In this document: piece after piece, positions 1-11,048 of the stretch
How the letters are laid out: every line of letters begins with the position of its first letter
Position numbering within the stretch: the stretch's first letter is position 1
NCBI GenBank assembly: GCA_964478745.1
Contig: CAYZKI010000001.1
Coordinates: 1-33,652, forward strand
Length of the DNA: 33,652 bases
Direction: 5' to 3'
Origin: an uncultured Bacteriovoracaceae bacterium
Lineage (GTDB): Bacteria > Bdellovibrionota > UBA1018
The notes under the pieces: model-generated
What the model was told of the DNA's origin: nothing
Seen by the model: only the letters and a program-made list of their open reading frames with translations
Database searches by the model: none
Position numbers and translations under genes: made by a program

Positions 1-116
1 CGCTTCCGCGCTTCCGCTACGACCAACTCATGGACCTGGGCTGGAAAGTGATGCTGCCCCTGTCCCTGGTCAACATCTTCATCACCGGCTTCATGGTCTA
101 TTACGGATGGGTGTGA
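1..116 (+). CDS. nuoH: NADH-quinone oxidoreductase subunit H, 3' end (5'-truncated by window edge)
   Basis: Frame 3 reads [37 protein letters not shown], then TGA at 114-116. The RxRYDQLM..GWK block is the conserved NuoH/ND1 C-terminus. nuoI starts 3 nt later. Confidence 0.85.
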   Translation, partial: LPRFRYDQLMDLGWKVMLPLSLVNIFITGFMVYYGWV

Positions 117-119
117 TTC

Positions 120-563
120 ATGCTGGTTAAACGCAAAAAGAGCCTCCTCCAGAATCTCTACATCGTGGAAATCATCCAGGGCCTCTGGATCACGATGAAG
201 AACATGCTCTTCGGCAAGAACGTCACGATTCAGTACCCCGAAGAGCGCCGCAACTATTCCTCCCGCTTCCGCGGCATGCATTACATCAAGGCCACCAACG
301 GCGTGGAGAACTGCACGGCGTGCATGCTCTGCCCGACGGTCTGCCCGGCGGAGTGCATTCACATCGAGGCGGGAGAGCGGCCGGACAAGGAAAAGTACCC
401 GGTCAAGTTCGAGATCGACGTGCTTCGCTGCTGCTTCTGCGGAATGTGCGAGGAAGCCTGCCCGAAGGACGCGATCAAGCTCAGCACGATTTACGAAATG
501 AGCACCACTCATCGCGAGGTTTGGGACAAGGACTTCCTGCTCGTGCAAAGAGGAAACAAGTAA
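120..563 (+). CDS. nuoI: NADH-quinone oxidoreductase subunit I (2x[4Fe-4S] ferredoxin-type)
   Basis: 147-aa ORF with two CxxCxxCxxxCP motifs (CTACMLCPTVCP, CCFCGMCEEACP). It sits between nuoH and nuoJ. Confidence 0.95.
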   Translation: MLVKRKKSLLQNLYIVEIIQGLWITMKNMLFGKNVTIQYPEERRNYSSRFRGMHYIKATNGVENCTACMLCPTVCPAECIHIEAGERPDKEKYPVKFEIDVLRCCFCGMCEEACPKDAIKLSTIYEMSTTHREVWDKDFLLVQRGNK

Positions 564-1123
564 TGGAGATCTCACCTCCGTTTTTCTACTTCTTCGCGGG
601 TCTCTCCATCCTTTGCTCGCTGCTCGTCGTGATGAAGAAGAACCCCGTGACCAGCGCGTTCTCGCTCGTGATGGTGTTCATGGGCTTCGCCGGCATCTAC
701 GCGATGCTGGGCGCCCACCTGATCGCGGCGCTTCAGGTCCTCGTTTACGCGGGCGCGATCATGGTGCTGTTCGTCTTCGTGATCATGCTCCTGAACGCCG
801 ACACGCCGTCCTTCGACCTCGGCCGCTCGCACGTGCTGCTCCGGACGCTGGCGATCGCGTTCGGCGCGGCGATGTTCGGCCTGTTCGTCTGGGCCTTCAA
901 GCAGAGCCCCATTCCCGCGGCCAAGGGCCCGTTCAGCCCGGAGGCCATCGAGGCCGCCGGCGGCAACACCCAGGTCCTCTCGGAGCTGCTGTTCTCGGAG
1001 TACATCCTTCCGTTCGAGCTGACCTCGGTCCTCCTGCTCGCGGCGATCATCGGCGCCGTCGCCATCGCGAAGCGGACGCAGGGCCTTCCCAAGGCCAAGA
1101 AAGGGCTGACTCATGCGCGTTGA
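563..1123 (+). CDS. nuoJ: NADH-quinone oxidoreductase subunit J
   Basis: The ATG at 563 overlaps the nuoI stop (TAATG). The product MEISPPFFYFFAGLSILC...VLVYAGAIMVLFVFVIMLL is a multi-TM NuoJ-like protein. The longer track ORF from 320 is an out-of-context N-terminal extension. Confidence 0.9.
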   Translation: MEISPPFFYFFAGLSILCSLLVVMKKNPVTSAFSLVMVFMGFAGIYAMLGAHLIAALQVLVYAGAIMVLFVFVIMLLNADTPSFDLGRSHVLLRTLAIAFGAAMFGLFVWAFKQSPIPAAKGPFSPEAIEAAGGNTQVLSELLFSEYILPFELTSVLLLAAIIGAVAIAKRTQGLPKAKKGLTHAR

Positions 1124-1418
1124 ACCCTGGGTCGTCCTGGCTTTCTGCGGCGCGATCTTCTCGATCGGCCTGACCGGCGTCCTCATCCGGCGCAACATTC
1201 TGGTGATCATGATGTGCATCGAGCTGATGCTGAACGCCGTGAACCTCACGTTCGTCACCTTCTCGCACCAGCTTCATGATCTCGGCGGACAGATGTCCGT
1301 GTTCTTCGTCATCACGGTCGCGGCCGCCGAAGCGGCTGTCGGCCTGGGTCTGGTCATCGCGATGTTCCGCACGCTTCGCAGCGTCGACACCGACGACATT
1401 CAGCTTCTGAGGGAGTGA
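1113..1418 (+). CDS. nuoK: NADH-quinone oxidoreductase subunit K
   Basis: 101 aa with 3 TM segments and the MMCIELMLNAVNLTFV block typical of NuoK/ND4L. It overlaps nuoJ by 11 nt. Confidence 0.95.
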   Translation: MRVEPWVVLAFCGAIFSIGLTGVLIRRNILVIMMCIELMLNAVNLTFVTFSHQLHDLGGQMSVFFVITVAAAEAAVGLGLVIAMFRTLRSVDTDDIQLLRE

Positions 1419-1425
1419 GCTCGCC

Positions 1426-3396
1426 ATGGTTGCTCTGATTCCGCTTTTCCCGCTGATCGGGTTTCTCATCAACGGAAGCTGGTACGCGTTCGGTCAGGCG
1501 CCCGCCGGCCGCTCCAAAGTCGGTGCCGGCCTGACCGGCGGCATCGCGACGGTCGCGATCTTCGCTTCGTTCGTCGTCTCGGTGCTCCTTTTCCTGCAGC
1601 TCCTGAGCGTGCCGGAGGGCCAGCGTTCCATCGAGCAGACGCTCTTCTCGTGGATGGCGATCCCGGGCGGGATCTCCGTCGACGTCGCGTTCCGCTTCGA
1701 CGTCCTCTCCTCGCTGTTCTGCCTGGTCATCACCGGCGTCGGTACCCTGATCCACATCTACTCGACGGGCTACATGAGCCACGACGAGACGCCGGGCAAG
1801 TTCTTCGCGTACCTGAACCTCTTCTGCTTCGCGATGCTCATGCTGGTGCTCGGCTCCTCGCTCCCGATCCTCTTCCTGGGCTGGGAAGGCGTGGGCCTCT
1901 GCTCCTACCTCCTGATCGGCTACTGGTACGACGACATGGAGAAGGCCAAGGCCGGCAAGAAGGCCTTCGTCGTCAACCGTATCGGCGATTTCGGCTTCCT
2001 GCTCGGCATGTTCATGATCTTCACGGCGTTCGGGACGCTCGACTTCGCCGCGCTCCGCGACACCTTCGCCGCCCGCCCGGTCGAGTCGTCGACCGTGACG
2101 GCGATCTGCCTGCTGCTCTTCCTGGGCTGTACCGGCAAGTCGGCGCAGATCCCGCTCTACGTCTGGCTGCCCGACGCGATGGCCGGTCCGACGCCGGTCT
2201 CCGCGCTCATCCACGCCGCGACCATGGTGACCTCGGGCATCTACATGGTGTCGCGCCTGAACTTCCTCTACAGCGCGTCCCCCGACGCCATGCACGTGGT
2301 GGCGATCATCGGCGGCCTCACGGCCTTCTTCGCCGCGACGATCGCGATCGCGCAGACGGACATCAAGAAGGTGCTCGCTTACTCGACGGTTTCGCAGCTG
2401 GGCTACATGTTCCTGGGCTGCGGCGTCGGCGCGTTCTCGGCCGGCGTCTTCCACGTGATCACCCACGCTTTCTTCAAGGCGCTGCTGTTCCTCGGAGCGG
2501 GCAGCGTGATCCACGGCATGCACCACGAGCAGGACATCATGAAGATGGGCGGGCTGAAGTCGAAGATGCCGCGCACCTACGCGACGTTCCTGGTGGGCTG
2601 GCTCGCCATCTGCGGCATCCCGCCGCTCTCGGGCTTCTTCTCGAAGGACGAGATCCTCTGGCGCACGTTCGCCTCGCATCATGGCTCGAAGCTCCTCTGG
2701 GTGCTCGGCGCAGCCACCGCCCTGATGACGGCGTTTTACATGACCCGTCTCTTCTCGCTGACCTTCCTCGGCAAGCCTCGCTTCGAGGAGCATGGCCACG
2801 GCCATGGACACGGGCATGACGACGATCATGGCCACGGTCACGGCGGACCGGTTCACGAGTCCCCGAACGCCATGACCATCCCCCTGATCGTGCTCGCGGT
2901 CCTGAGCGCGGTGGGCGGCTTCATCGGCATTCCGCACATGAGCTGGCTCGATCACTGGCTCAATCCCGTGATTCCGTCCGACCACGGTATCGCTCCGGGC
3001 GTGGCGCCCAGCATGGAATGGGTGCTCATGGTCGTGAGCGTGGTCCTGGCGGCCCTCGGCATCCTGGGCGCGATCCGCCTGTACTCGAACCTGAACAAGG
3101 CGGCGGGGCTGCAGAAGCAGTTCGCCGGAATGCACAAGGTGCTCGAGAACAAGTGGTACGTGGACGAGATCTTCGACGCCGTTTTCGTGAAGCCGATCTA
3201 CGTGCTTTCCGTGCAGCTCTGGAAGAAGTTCGACGTCGCGGTCATCGACCGCCTGGTGCTCAGTTTCGGCTGGGCCTCGCAGAGAGGCGGGCAAGCCGCC
3301 CGTGGCCTTCAGACCGGATCGGTTCAAGCCTACGCGCTTGCGCTGCTGATCGGTGTTCTACTTTCCCTGGGATACATGCTCTATGGAATGGCTTGA
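1426..3396 (+). CDS. nuoL: NADH-quinone oxidoreductase subunit L (carries a His/Gly-rich insert)
   Basis: 656 aa with antiporter-like blocks WEGVGLCSYLLIGYW, SALIHAATMVTSG and AYSTVSQLGYMF, plus a C-terminal lateral helix region. Operon position fits nuoL. Confidence 0.95.
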   Translation: MVALIPLFPLIGFLINGSWYAFGQAPAGRSKVGAGLTGGIATVAIFASFVVSVLLFLQLLSVPEGQRSIEQTLFSWMAIPGGISVDVAFRFDVLSSLFCLVITGVGTLIHIYSTGYMSHDETPGKFFAYLNLFCFAMLMLVLGSSLPILFLGWEGVGLCSYLLIGYWYDDMEKAKAGKKAFVVNRIGDFGFLLGMFMIFTAFGTLDFAALRDTFAARPVESSTVTAICLLLFLGCTGKSAQIPLYVWLPDAMAGPTPVSALIHAATMVTSGIYMVSRLNFLYSASPDAMHVVAIIGGLTAFFAATIAIAQTDIKKVLAYSTVSQLGYMFLGCGVGAFSAGVFHVITHAFFKALLFLGAGSVIHGMHHEQDIMKMGGLKSKMPRTYATFLVGWLAICGIPPLSGFFSKDEILWRTFASHHGSKLLWVLGAATALMTAFYMTRLFSLTFLGKPRFEEHGHGHGHGHDDDHGHGHGGPVHESPNAMTIPLIVLAVLSAVGGFIGIPHMSWLDHWLNPVIPSDHGIAPGVAPSMEWVLMVVSVVLAALGILGAIRLYSNLNKAAGLQKQFAGMHKVLENKWYVDEIFDAVFVKPIYVLSVQLWKKFDVAVIDRLVLSFGWASQRGGQAARGLQTGSVQAYALALLIGVLLSLGYMLYGMA

Positions 3397-4954
3397 TTCG
3401 CATCTTCTGACGGTGACCGTTCTGCTGCCCCTGCTCTGGGGCGTGCTGGGCCTGATCATCCCGACCCATCACGAGAGCGGAAAGAGCTTCCTTCGCGGTT
3501 GGAGCTTCCTGGGCACGGTTTTCACGCTCGCGTTGAGCGTCGCGATCTACCAGCGCTACCAGGCCAACGGCCCGGACTTCCAGCTCGTCGAGACGACCCC
3601 GTGGCTCGGAAACCTCGGTATCTTCTACAGCGTCGGGATCGACGGCATCAGCCTGTGGCTGATCATGCTGACCACGTTCCTGATGCCCATCGTGGTCATG
3701 GGCTCGTTCCGCGCGATCGAGAACCGCGAGCGCGAGTACTACTTCCTGCTTCTCGCCCTGGAGACCGGGATGCTGGGAGCGTTCGTCGCGCTCGACGTGT
3801 TCCTGTTCTACGTGTTCTGGGAGGCGATGCTGATCCCGATGTACTTCCTGATCGGCATCTGGGGCGGCAAGGACCGCATCTACGCCGCCATGAAGTTCTT
3901 CCTCTATACGATGGTGGGATCGCTACTCATGCTGGTCGCGATCTTCTACCTCGCCTACCAGCACAAGGTTCAATTCGGCACCTACTCGCTGCTGATCCAG
4001 GACCTCTACAACCTCCAGCTGCCGGGCGGTGGCCTCATGTCCGCGCAGTCGATCCTCTTCCTGGCGTTCGCGCTCGCCTTCGCCATCAAGGTCCCGCTGT
4101 TCCCGCTCCATACGTGGCTGCCTGACGCGCACGTGCAGGCGCCGACCGCTGGCTCCGTGATCCTGGCGGCCGTCCTCCTCAAGATGGGCGGCTACGGCTT
4201 CATGCGCTTCGCCTTCCCGCTGTTCCCTCAGGCGGTCGCCTTCTTCCAGTGGCCGTTCATGCTTCTCGGGACGATCGCGATCGTCTACGGCGCGTGGGTG
4301 GCGATGGTGCAGCCGGACATCAAGAAGCTGGTGGCCTACTCTTCAGTCAGCCACATGGGATACGTGATCCTCGGGCTGTTCTCGATGAACGCGATCGCGG
4401 TCACGGGCTCCTACTACCAGATGCTGAACCACGGCATCTCGACGGGCGCGCTGTTCCTCCTGGTCGGCATGGTCTACGAGCGTCGCCACACGCGCGAGAT
4501 CAAGGACTTCGGCGGGATCAGCAAGGTCATGCCGCTGTTCGCGGTGGCTTTCATGATCGTGACGCTTTCGTCGGTGGCCCTGCCGGGAACGAACGGCTTC
4601 ATCGGCGAGTTCCTGATCCTTCTGGGCGCGTGGAAGACCAACCCTCTTCTGACGGCCATCAGCGCCACGGGCGTCGTGTTCGGCGCCGTCGACATGCTCT
4701 GGGTTTTCCAGCGGGTCATGTTCGGGCCGATCACCCACGAGGAGAACAAGACCCTCAAGGACCTGAGCGGCCGCGAGATGGCGGTCCTCGCTCCCCTGAT
4801 CGTGGCGATCTTCGTCATGGGCATCTTCCCCAACTTCTTCTTCGCGAAGCTGAGCCCGTCGATCGATCGCTTCCTGGTCCGCAGCGGCGTCAGCAGCGGC
4901 TCGACGGCCGTTGCATTCGTCATCGATTCTGACCGGAAACCCACCGGGAACTGA
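3383..4954 (+). CDS. nuoM: NADH-quinone oxidoreductase subunit M
   Basis: Start chosen at ATG 3383 (MEWLDSHLLTV...), overlapping the nuoL end by 14 nt. Blocks LFYVFWEAMLIPMYFLIGIWGG and VAYSSVSHMGYV are NuoM/ND4-like. Confidence 0.9.
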   Translation: MEWLDSHLLTVTVLLPLLWGVLGLIIPTHHESGKSFLRGWSFLGTVFTLALSVAIYQRYQANGPDFQLVETTPWLGNLGIFYSVGIDGISLWLIMLTTFLMPIVVMGSFRAIENREREYYFLLLALETGMLGAFVALDVFLFYVFWEAMLIPMYFLIGIWGGKDRIYAAMKFFLYTMVGSLLMLVAIFYLAYQHKVQFGTYSLLIQDLYNLQLPGGGLMSAQSILFLAFALAFAIKVPLFPLHTWLPDAHVQAPTAGSVILAAVLLKMGGYGFMRFAFPLFPQAVAFFQWPFMLLGTIAIVYGAWVAMVQPDIKKLVAYSSVSHMGYVILGLFSMNAIAVTGSYYQMLNHGISTGALFLLVGMVYERRHTREIKDFGGISKVMPLFAVAFMIVTLSSVALPGTNGFIGEFLILLGAWKTNPLLTAISATGVVFGAVDMLWVFQRVMFGPITHEENKTLKDLSGREMAVLAPLIVAIFVMGIFPNFFFAKLSPSIDRFLVRSGVSSGSTAVAFVIDSDRKPTGN

Positions 4955-4961
4955 GCACACT

Positions 4962-6467
4962 ATGCAGACACTCACTACCATTCGTCCGGAACTGCTGGCA
5001 CTGAGCCCTGAACAGATCACGGCCCTCATGCCCTACTTCGTGCTGTTCGGCGGAACGATCCTGGCGATCATCGCGGCCGTGACCCGAAGCCTCAATCCAA
5101 AATGGTCGGTTTTCCTGGTCTCGGTCGCCTCGATGCTGGCCGCGGCCTACCTCTCGCTGCGGCTCGTGCCCGCGCCGTCCCTTTCGCTCTTCGGAGGGAT
5201 GATGGTGTCGGATGCCTTCTCGAACATCTTCGGCATCGTGTTCCTGCTTTCGGCGGCGTTCACCTGCCTCGCCTCGCTCAGGTACCTCGACCGCGAAGGG
5301 CTGCCGCACCCGGAGTACTTCCTGCTCCTGCTCTTCTCGACCTTCGGCATGATGCTGATGGCCTCGTCGCTCGACCTGATCGTGATCTTCATCGCGCTCG
5401 AGCTGATGTCCTTGTCGGTCTACGCGCTCGTCGGCTTCCGCCGGGCGGACCGCCGCTCGAACGAGGCGGCGATGAAGTACTTCATTCTCGGCTCCGCGGC
5501 CTCCGCGATCCTGCTCTACGGCACGGCCCTTCTCTACGGCGCGACGGGTACCATCTCGATCACCGAGATCCTCGCCTACGTGAAGGCGAACCCGGCCGGC
5601 GCCACGCCGCTGTTCACGCTGGGCGCCTGGATGGTGATCCTCGGCTTCCTGTTCAAGGTCGCCTCGGTGCCTTTCCACATGTGGATGCCGGACGTCTACG
5701 AGGGCGCGCCCGCCCCGGTGACTGGCTTCATGACCACGGGTTTGAAGGCCGCGTCGTTCGCCGCGTTCGTCCGCGTGTTCATCTCGATCGGCTATGGCGG
5801 GGGCCTGGCCGAGCTCGTCCAGGGTCACATTCATGACATCCTCTGGGTCTCGGCGGTCCTGACGATGGTGGTCGGCAATCTCGTGGCGCTCACGCAGACC
5901 AATCTGAAGAGAATGCTCGCCTATTCGTCGATCGCCCACACGGGTTACCTCCTGATCGGCTTCATCGCCTCTCCGACGGCCGATGGCGGGTTCTCCTCGG
6001 TGGTGTTCTACCTGGTCGTTTACGCGATCATGAACCTGGGTGCCTTCGCCGCCCTGACGGCGCTCGCTTCGCGCGAGGACGCGGGCTTGAACCTGCACGA
6101 CATGGCCGGTCTCTCGCGCCGGCATCCCTGGATCGCCTTTTCTTTGGCGGTCTTCCTGCTCTCCATGGCGGGGATCCCGCCCACGGCGGGCTTCGTCGCC
6201 AAGTACCTGCTGCTCTACGGGGCCATCCAAGCCGGCGAAATCTGGCTCGTTGTCATCAGCGTGCTCTGTAGCGCGGTTTCGGTATACTATTACTTGAGAG
6301 TCCTGGTTTACATGTACATGCGTGATCCTGTGGGTTCGCCCGTCAGCTCTCGTGTGTCCGTGTGGTCGACTGTGGCGCTCACGGCGATGGTGCTGCTCAC
6401 CTTCCAGATCGGGTTGCTCCCGGCCCGGATGGCGCATGTGGCCCGCAAAGCCGTGACAAGCCTCTAA
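4962..6467 (+). CDS. nuoN: NADH-quinone oxidoreductase subunit N
   Basis: Start chosen at ATG 4962 (MQTLTTIRPE...), 7 nt after the nuoM stop. The LAYSSIAHTGYLLIGF block and the multi-TM profile are NuoN/ND2-like. Confidence 0.9.
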   Translation: MQTLTTIRPELLALSPEQITALMPYFVLFGGTILAIIAAVTRSLNPKWSVFLVSVASMLAAAYLSLRLVPAPSLSLFGGMMVSDAFSNIFGIVFLLSAAFTCLASLRYLDREGLPHPEYFLLLLFSTFGMMLMASSLDLIVIFIALELMSLSVYALVGFRRADRRSNEAAMKYFILGSAASAILLYGTALLYGATGTISITEILAYVKANPAGATPLFTLGAWMVILGFLFKVASVPFHMWMPDVYEGAPAPVTGFMTTGLKAASFAAFVRVFISIGYGGGLAELVQGHIHDILWVSAVLTMVVGNLVALTQTNLKRMLAYSSIAHTGYLLIGFIASPTADGGFSSVVFYLVVYAIMNLGAFAALTALASREDAGLNLHDMAGLSRRHPWIAFSLAVFLLSMAGIPPTAGFVAKYLLLYGAIQAGEIWLVVISVLCSAVSVYYYLRVLVYMYMRDPVGSPVSSRVSVWSTVALTAMVLLTFQIGLLPARMAHVARKAVTSL

Positions 6468-6503
6468 GTCTTCCTAGAAATCCACCTCGGCTCTCGCTCG
6501 GAT

Positions 6504-9500
6504 ATGAACGGGGCACGGGGTCCACAGTTTCAAATCAAGCTCTCGTCCGGCCGCGTGCTTGGGCCGCTGGACCTCGACCGCATCCGCCTGCTGATCGCGA
6601 AGCAGAAGCTGCTCGGAAACGAGCTGGCACGCGAACTTCCGCACGGGGACTGGGTCGACATCAACTCCGTCTCCGAGATCGCGGATATCTTCGTCGAAGC
6701 CGCGCTCTCCACGCGAGCCGTGTCGCGACCGCCGGCGAAGCCCGTGTTCTCGCCCGATGACGCGAACGCGCCCACGCTTCAGCTCTCGCCCGAGCAGCAG
6801 GCCGCCTCGACCCAGATCCTGGGCGCCGCCGCGTCGCCCGAGCCGAGCCCGCCTCAGGAGGAGGAAGCCGAGAGCGGGCGGATCGAGCTCGAGGACATCG
6901 AAGAGCGCACCCTCGTGGACACGGGCGAGCCGACCGCGCCCACCCGGCCGCAGCCGACCCGCGCGAGCGTCGGCACACCGCCCCCGCAACAGTCCGCGGA
7001 GCCGAAGGCTCCCGAGGAGCCGACGGGCGTCGGGCTGGCCGGAGAGCCCGAGAGTCCCTCCGAGGACTCCGACGAAAAGACCATCGTGGCCCCCGTGGAA
7101 AGCGACGGGATCATGGACCTCATGGCCATCGACGAGCGGACCCTGTTCCAGAAGAAGCAGGAGCTCAGCCCGGGCGCGGCCCGCCTGCGCGCGAAGAACA
7201 TCGCGCGCGAGCGCACGGTCATGTTCGAGCGCCCGGGCGGCGGCGGCCCGCTCATCAAGATTCCCGGCGCTCGCCGGAGGTTCACGCTCCGCGAGCTCCT
7301 GATCATCATCTTCGTCGGAACGGGGCTCGGCTACTTCGGCCTCGAGTTCATGAGCGAGGACACGCTCCCGCCGACCGCGACGCTGATCAACTACCGCGCG
7401 CGCCTCCCCGAGAGCATCAAGGGCCAGGTCGATCCCGCGAAGAGCAGCAAGGCGTACGAGGAGGGGCTGGCTTTCTACCTCACGGACAACGTGCAGGGCT
7501 ACGTGCTCGCCGCGGACCGCTTCAGGCGCGCGGCCTCCCTCGACCCGGGCAACATCAAGGCGCTCTCGATGCTCGCGTCCTCCTACCTGAACCTCATCGA
7601 CTCCGTGAACAAGGACGAGAACTTCTTCACCACGATCTCGCGCCTGATCGATCTCGCGAAAGCCAAGGGCGTCGACCTGCCGGAGATCGTCATCGCGGAG
7701 ACGGAGTTCTTCGTCGTGACCAACCGGCCCGAGGCCGCGCAGAACCGGATCGTCGAGTACACCAAGGTGAACCCGAAATTCGGCGGCGAGATGTTCTACT
7801 ACATCGCGCTCGCGCTGTATCATCGCGGCGACTTCCCGGCGGCCGCGCGCTTCGTCAACCAGATCCCGGAGAATCGCGCCTTCAGCCCGAAGATCTTCCA
7901 CCTGAAAGGCCTGATCGCGGAGGGCCTGGGCGACCAGGACGCCGCGCTCGCCGAGTATCAGAAGGCCGTCGACTTCAACAAGGCGCACCTCAAATCCAGG
8001 CTCCGCATCGCCTCCATCCACAACGCCAAGGGGCAGCTCAAGGAGGCCGCGAGGCATCTCGACGTCATCGTCAACGAGACTCATCTTCTCTCGCCGCAGG
8101 ACCAGGCCTACGGGTACTACCTGCACGGCCTGCTCTCGGAACTGTTCCAGGAATGGGACACTGCCCTCGCGGACCTGGAGCGCGCGGTCGCACTCGACCG
8201 CGGAAAGAGCACGTACCTCCTGGAGCTCTACGTCCTTCGCGGCAAGGCGGGCGAGTCGGCCCAGGCGGTCAAGAAGCCCGTGCGCATGTACTACTTCCTG
8301 GGCGAGGGCGAGAAGCACCTGCGCGAGGGCCGCACGCACGAGGCGCTCTCGTCGTTCCTCCAGGCCCGGCAGGAGATGCCGGACTCGCCGATCCCCCTGG
8401 TGAAGATCGGCGACATGTTCACCAAGCTGAATGACCTCGCGAACGCGCGCCTGAACTACAAGCTCGCCGCGCAGAGGGCGCCGAACAGCATCGAGGTCTG
8501 GTCCAAGTACATGGACGTTCTCATCGAGAGCTACGACTGGGAGGAAGCCCAGAAGGCCATGGACAAGTTCCGCAAGCTACCCGTCAGCCAGAGCGCGATC
8601 GACAAGGCCGCGGCAGACATGTACGCGAAGCAGGGCCGGCACGTCGAGGCGCAGGGATACTACAAGCGCGCGATGGCGCGCGAGAGCATCGACCCCGACG
8701 TCTACATCGCGTACGCGAAGAGCCTGCTCGCCACCCAGAAGTACGACGAGGCGCCGTTCTACTTCGCCATCGCCCTCCGATACGACCCTCTGAGCGTCGA
8801 GGCGATCCTGGGTACGGCGAAGGCCGTCGCGACGTCCGAGTCCGTCGACCGCGCGGTGACCTACCTGCAGGACGAGCTCCAGAAGAGCAACTCGGCGCGC
8901 GCCGAGCTGCTGGCCGGGATCGCGGAGCTCGAGATCCAGCGCGGGGAATGGCAGCAGGCGCAGCGGCGCGTGGACCAGGCTCGGGAAGCGAACCCCGATT
9001 ACGCGTTCCCATGGAAACTCCAGGCGCAGATTCACCTGAGCCGCGAGGGCTCCGACCGCAAGGCGCTCGAGCGGGCGCTCGACGCGTACAAGTCCTACTC
9101 CGACCGGAATCCCTCGGACCCGTCTGGGTACCTGGAGCGCTATCAGATCTTCATCAAGAAGACGCAGTACGACAAAGGCCTCGAGGAGCTGAACAAGATC
9201 TACGGAATCTATCCCAAGTACCCGAAGCTGCACTTCTACAAGGGCACGCTGTACTCGCTGATGGGGAACTCGCGCTCGGCCATCGAGGAATACCAGCGCG
9301 AGCTCGCCAACCACCCGGACGAGCTCGTCACGCTGGCGGCGCTTGGCAAGGAGCTCATCGCTGCCGGCGCCCCCCAGGACGCGATGACTCCCCTGGCCCG
9401 GGCCATGAGCCTGTCGCCGAACTGGGCCGAGGCCAAGCACCTGGCCGGGCTGGCCAACTACATGATGAAGAACTACGCGGCCGCGGTCGCGCTCTATCAG

Positions 9501-9662
9501 GCGGCGCTGAACTTCGACCAGGCCAACCCCCTCATCCACAAGCGTCTCGGCATGGCCTATCGCGAGATGGGCGACCCGACGAGCGCCGCGCAGGCGTTCC
9601 GCAAGTATCTCGAGATGGAGCCCGATGCTCCGGATCGCGCGCTTTTCCAAAAATATCGCTAA
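6504..9662 (+). CDS. Large GYF_2-like / Pro-Glu-rich linker / single TM / multi-TPR repeat protein
   Basis: 1052-aa ORF. The N-terminus FQIKLSSGRVLGPLDLDRIRLLIAKQKLLGNELARELPHGDWVDINSVSEI resembles a GYF_2 (DUF4339) domain. It is followed by low-complexity P/E/A-rich sequence, then the TM segment LLIIIFVGTGLGYFGLEF, then about 750 aa of TPR-like A..Y/A..A/P repeats. Confidence 0.8.
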   Translation: MNGARGPQFQIKLSSGRVLGPLDLDRIRLLIAKQKLLGNELARELPHGDWVDINSVSEIADIFVEAALSTRAVSRPPAKPVFSPDDANAPTLQLSPEQQAASTQILGAAASPEPSPPQEEEAESGRIELEDIEERTLVDTGEPTAPTRPQPTRASVGTPPPQQSAEPKAPEEPTGVGLAGEPESPSEDSDEKTIVAPVESDGIMDLMAIDERTLFQKKQELSPGAARLRAKNIARERTVMFERPGGGGPLIKIPGARRRFTLRELLIIIFVGTGLGYFGLEFMSEDTLPPTATLINYRARLPESIKGQVDPAKSSKAYEEGLAFYLTDNVQGYVLAADRFRRAASLDPGNIKALSMLASSYLNLIDSVNKDENFFTTISRLIDLAKAKGVDLPEIVIAETEFFVVTNRPEAAQNRIVEYTKVNPKFGGEMFYYIALALYHRGDFPAAARFVNQIPENRAFSPKIFHLKGLIAEGLGDQDAALAEYQKAVDFNKAHLKSRLRIASIHNAKGQLKEAARHLDVIVNETHLLSPQDQAYGYYLHGLLSELFQEWDTALADLERAVALDRGKSTYLLELYVLRGKAGESAQAVKKPVRMYYFLGEGEKHLREGRTHEALSSFLQARQEMPDSPIPLVKIGDMFTKLNDLANARLNYKLAAQRAPNSIEVWSKYMDVLIESYDWEEAQKAMDKFRKLPVSQSAIDKAAADMYAKQGRHVEAQGYYKRAMARESIDPDVYIAYAKSLLATQKYDEAPFYFAIALRYDPLSVEAILGTAKAVATSESVDRAVTYLQDELQKSNSARAELLAGIAELEIQRGEWQQAQRRVDQAREANPDYAFPWKLQAQIHLSREGSDRKALERALDAYKSYSDRNPSDPSGYLERYQIFIKKTQYDKGLEELNKIYGIYPKYPKLHFYKGTLYSLMGNSRSAIEEYQRELANHPDELVTLAALGKELIAAGAPQDAMTPLARAMSLSPNWAEAKHLAGLANYMMKNYAAAVALYQAALNFDQANPLIHKRLGMAYREMGDPTSAAQAFRKYLEMEPDAPDRALFQKYR

Positions 9663-11039
<1,377 letters not shown>

Positions 11040-11048
11040 CGGCGGAGC

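Noticed and set aside
320-1123. N-terminally extended versions of real genes in the ORF track (320-1123, 3353-4954, 4911-6467, 11049-11768, 11651-13141, 18365-19216, 21959-23356, 24820-26706, 27838-28719).
   Set aside because: The extensions overlap the upstream gene in another frame and have artefact composition. Internal starts with SD sequences or stop/start coupling give products that begin where family homology or signal peptides begin.
2791-2847. Repetitive CAT/CAC-GGC DNA considered as a tandem repeat or CRISPR-like element.
   Set aside because: It is in frame within nuoL and imperfect, and it simply encodes the His-Gly run. There is no spacer/repeat organisation.
1354-3327. 657-aa ORF antisense to nuoL. 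The same class includes the antisense ORFs 4920-6437, 6474-8339, 8577-9650, 12343-13704, 21085-22149, 23054-24250, 25102-26553, 28735-30372 and 33105-33644.
   Set aside because: They lie exactly opposite genes with strong family motifs. Their translations are Arg/Glu/Asp/His/Gly-rich with no motifs, which is the usual stop-codon-poor antisense artefact of GC-rich DNA.
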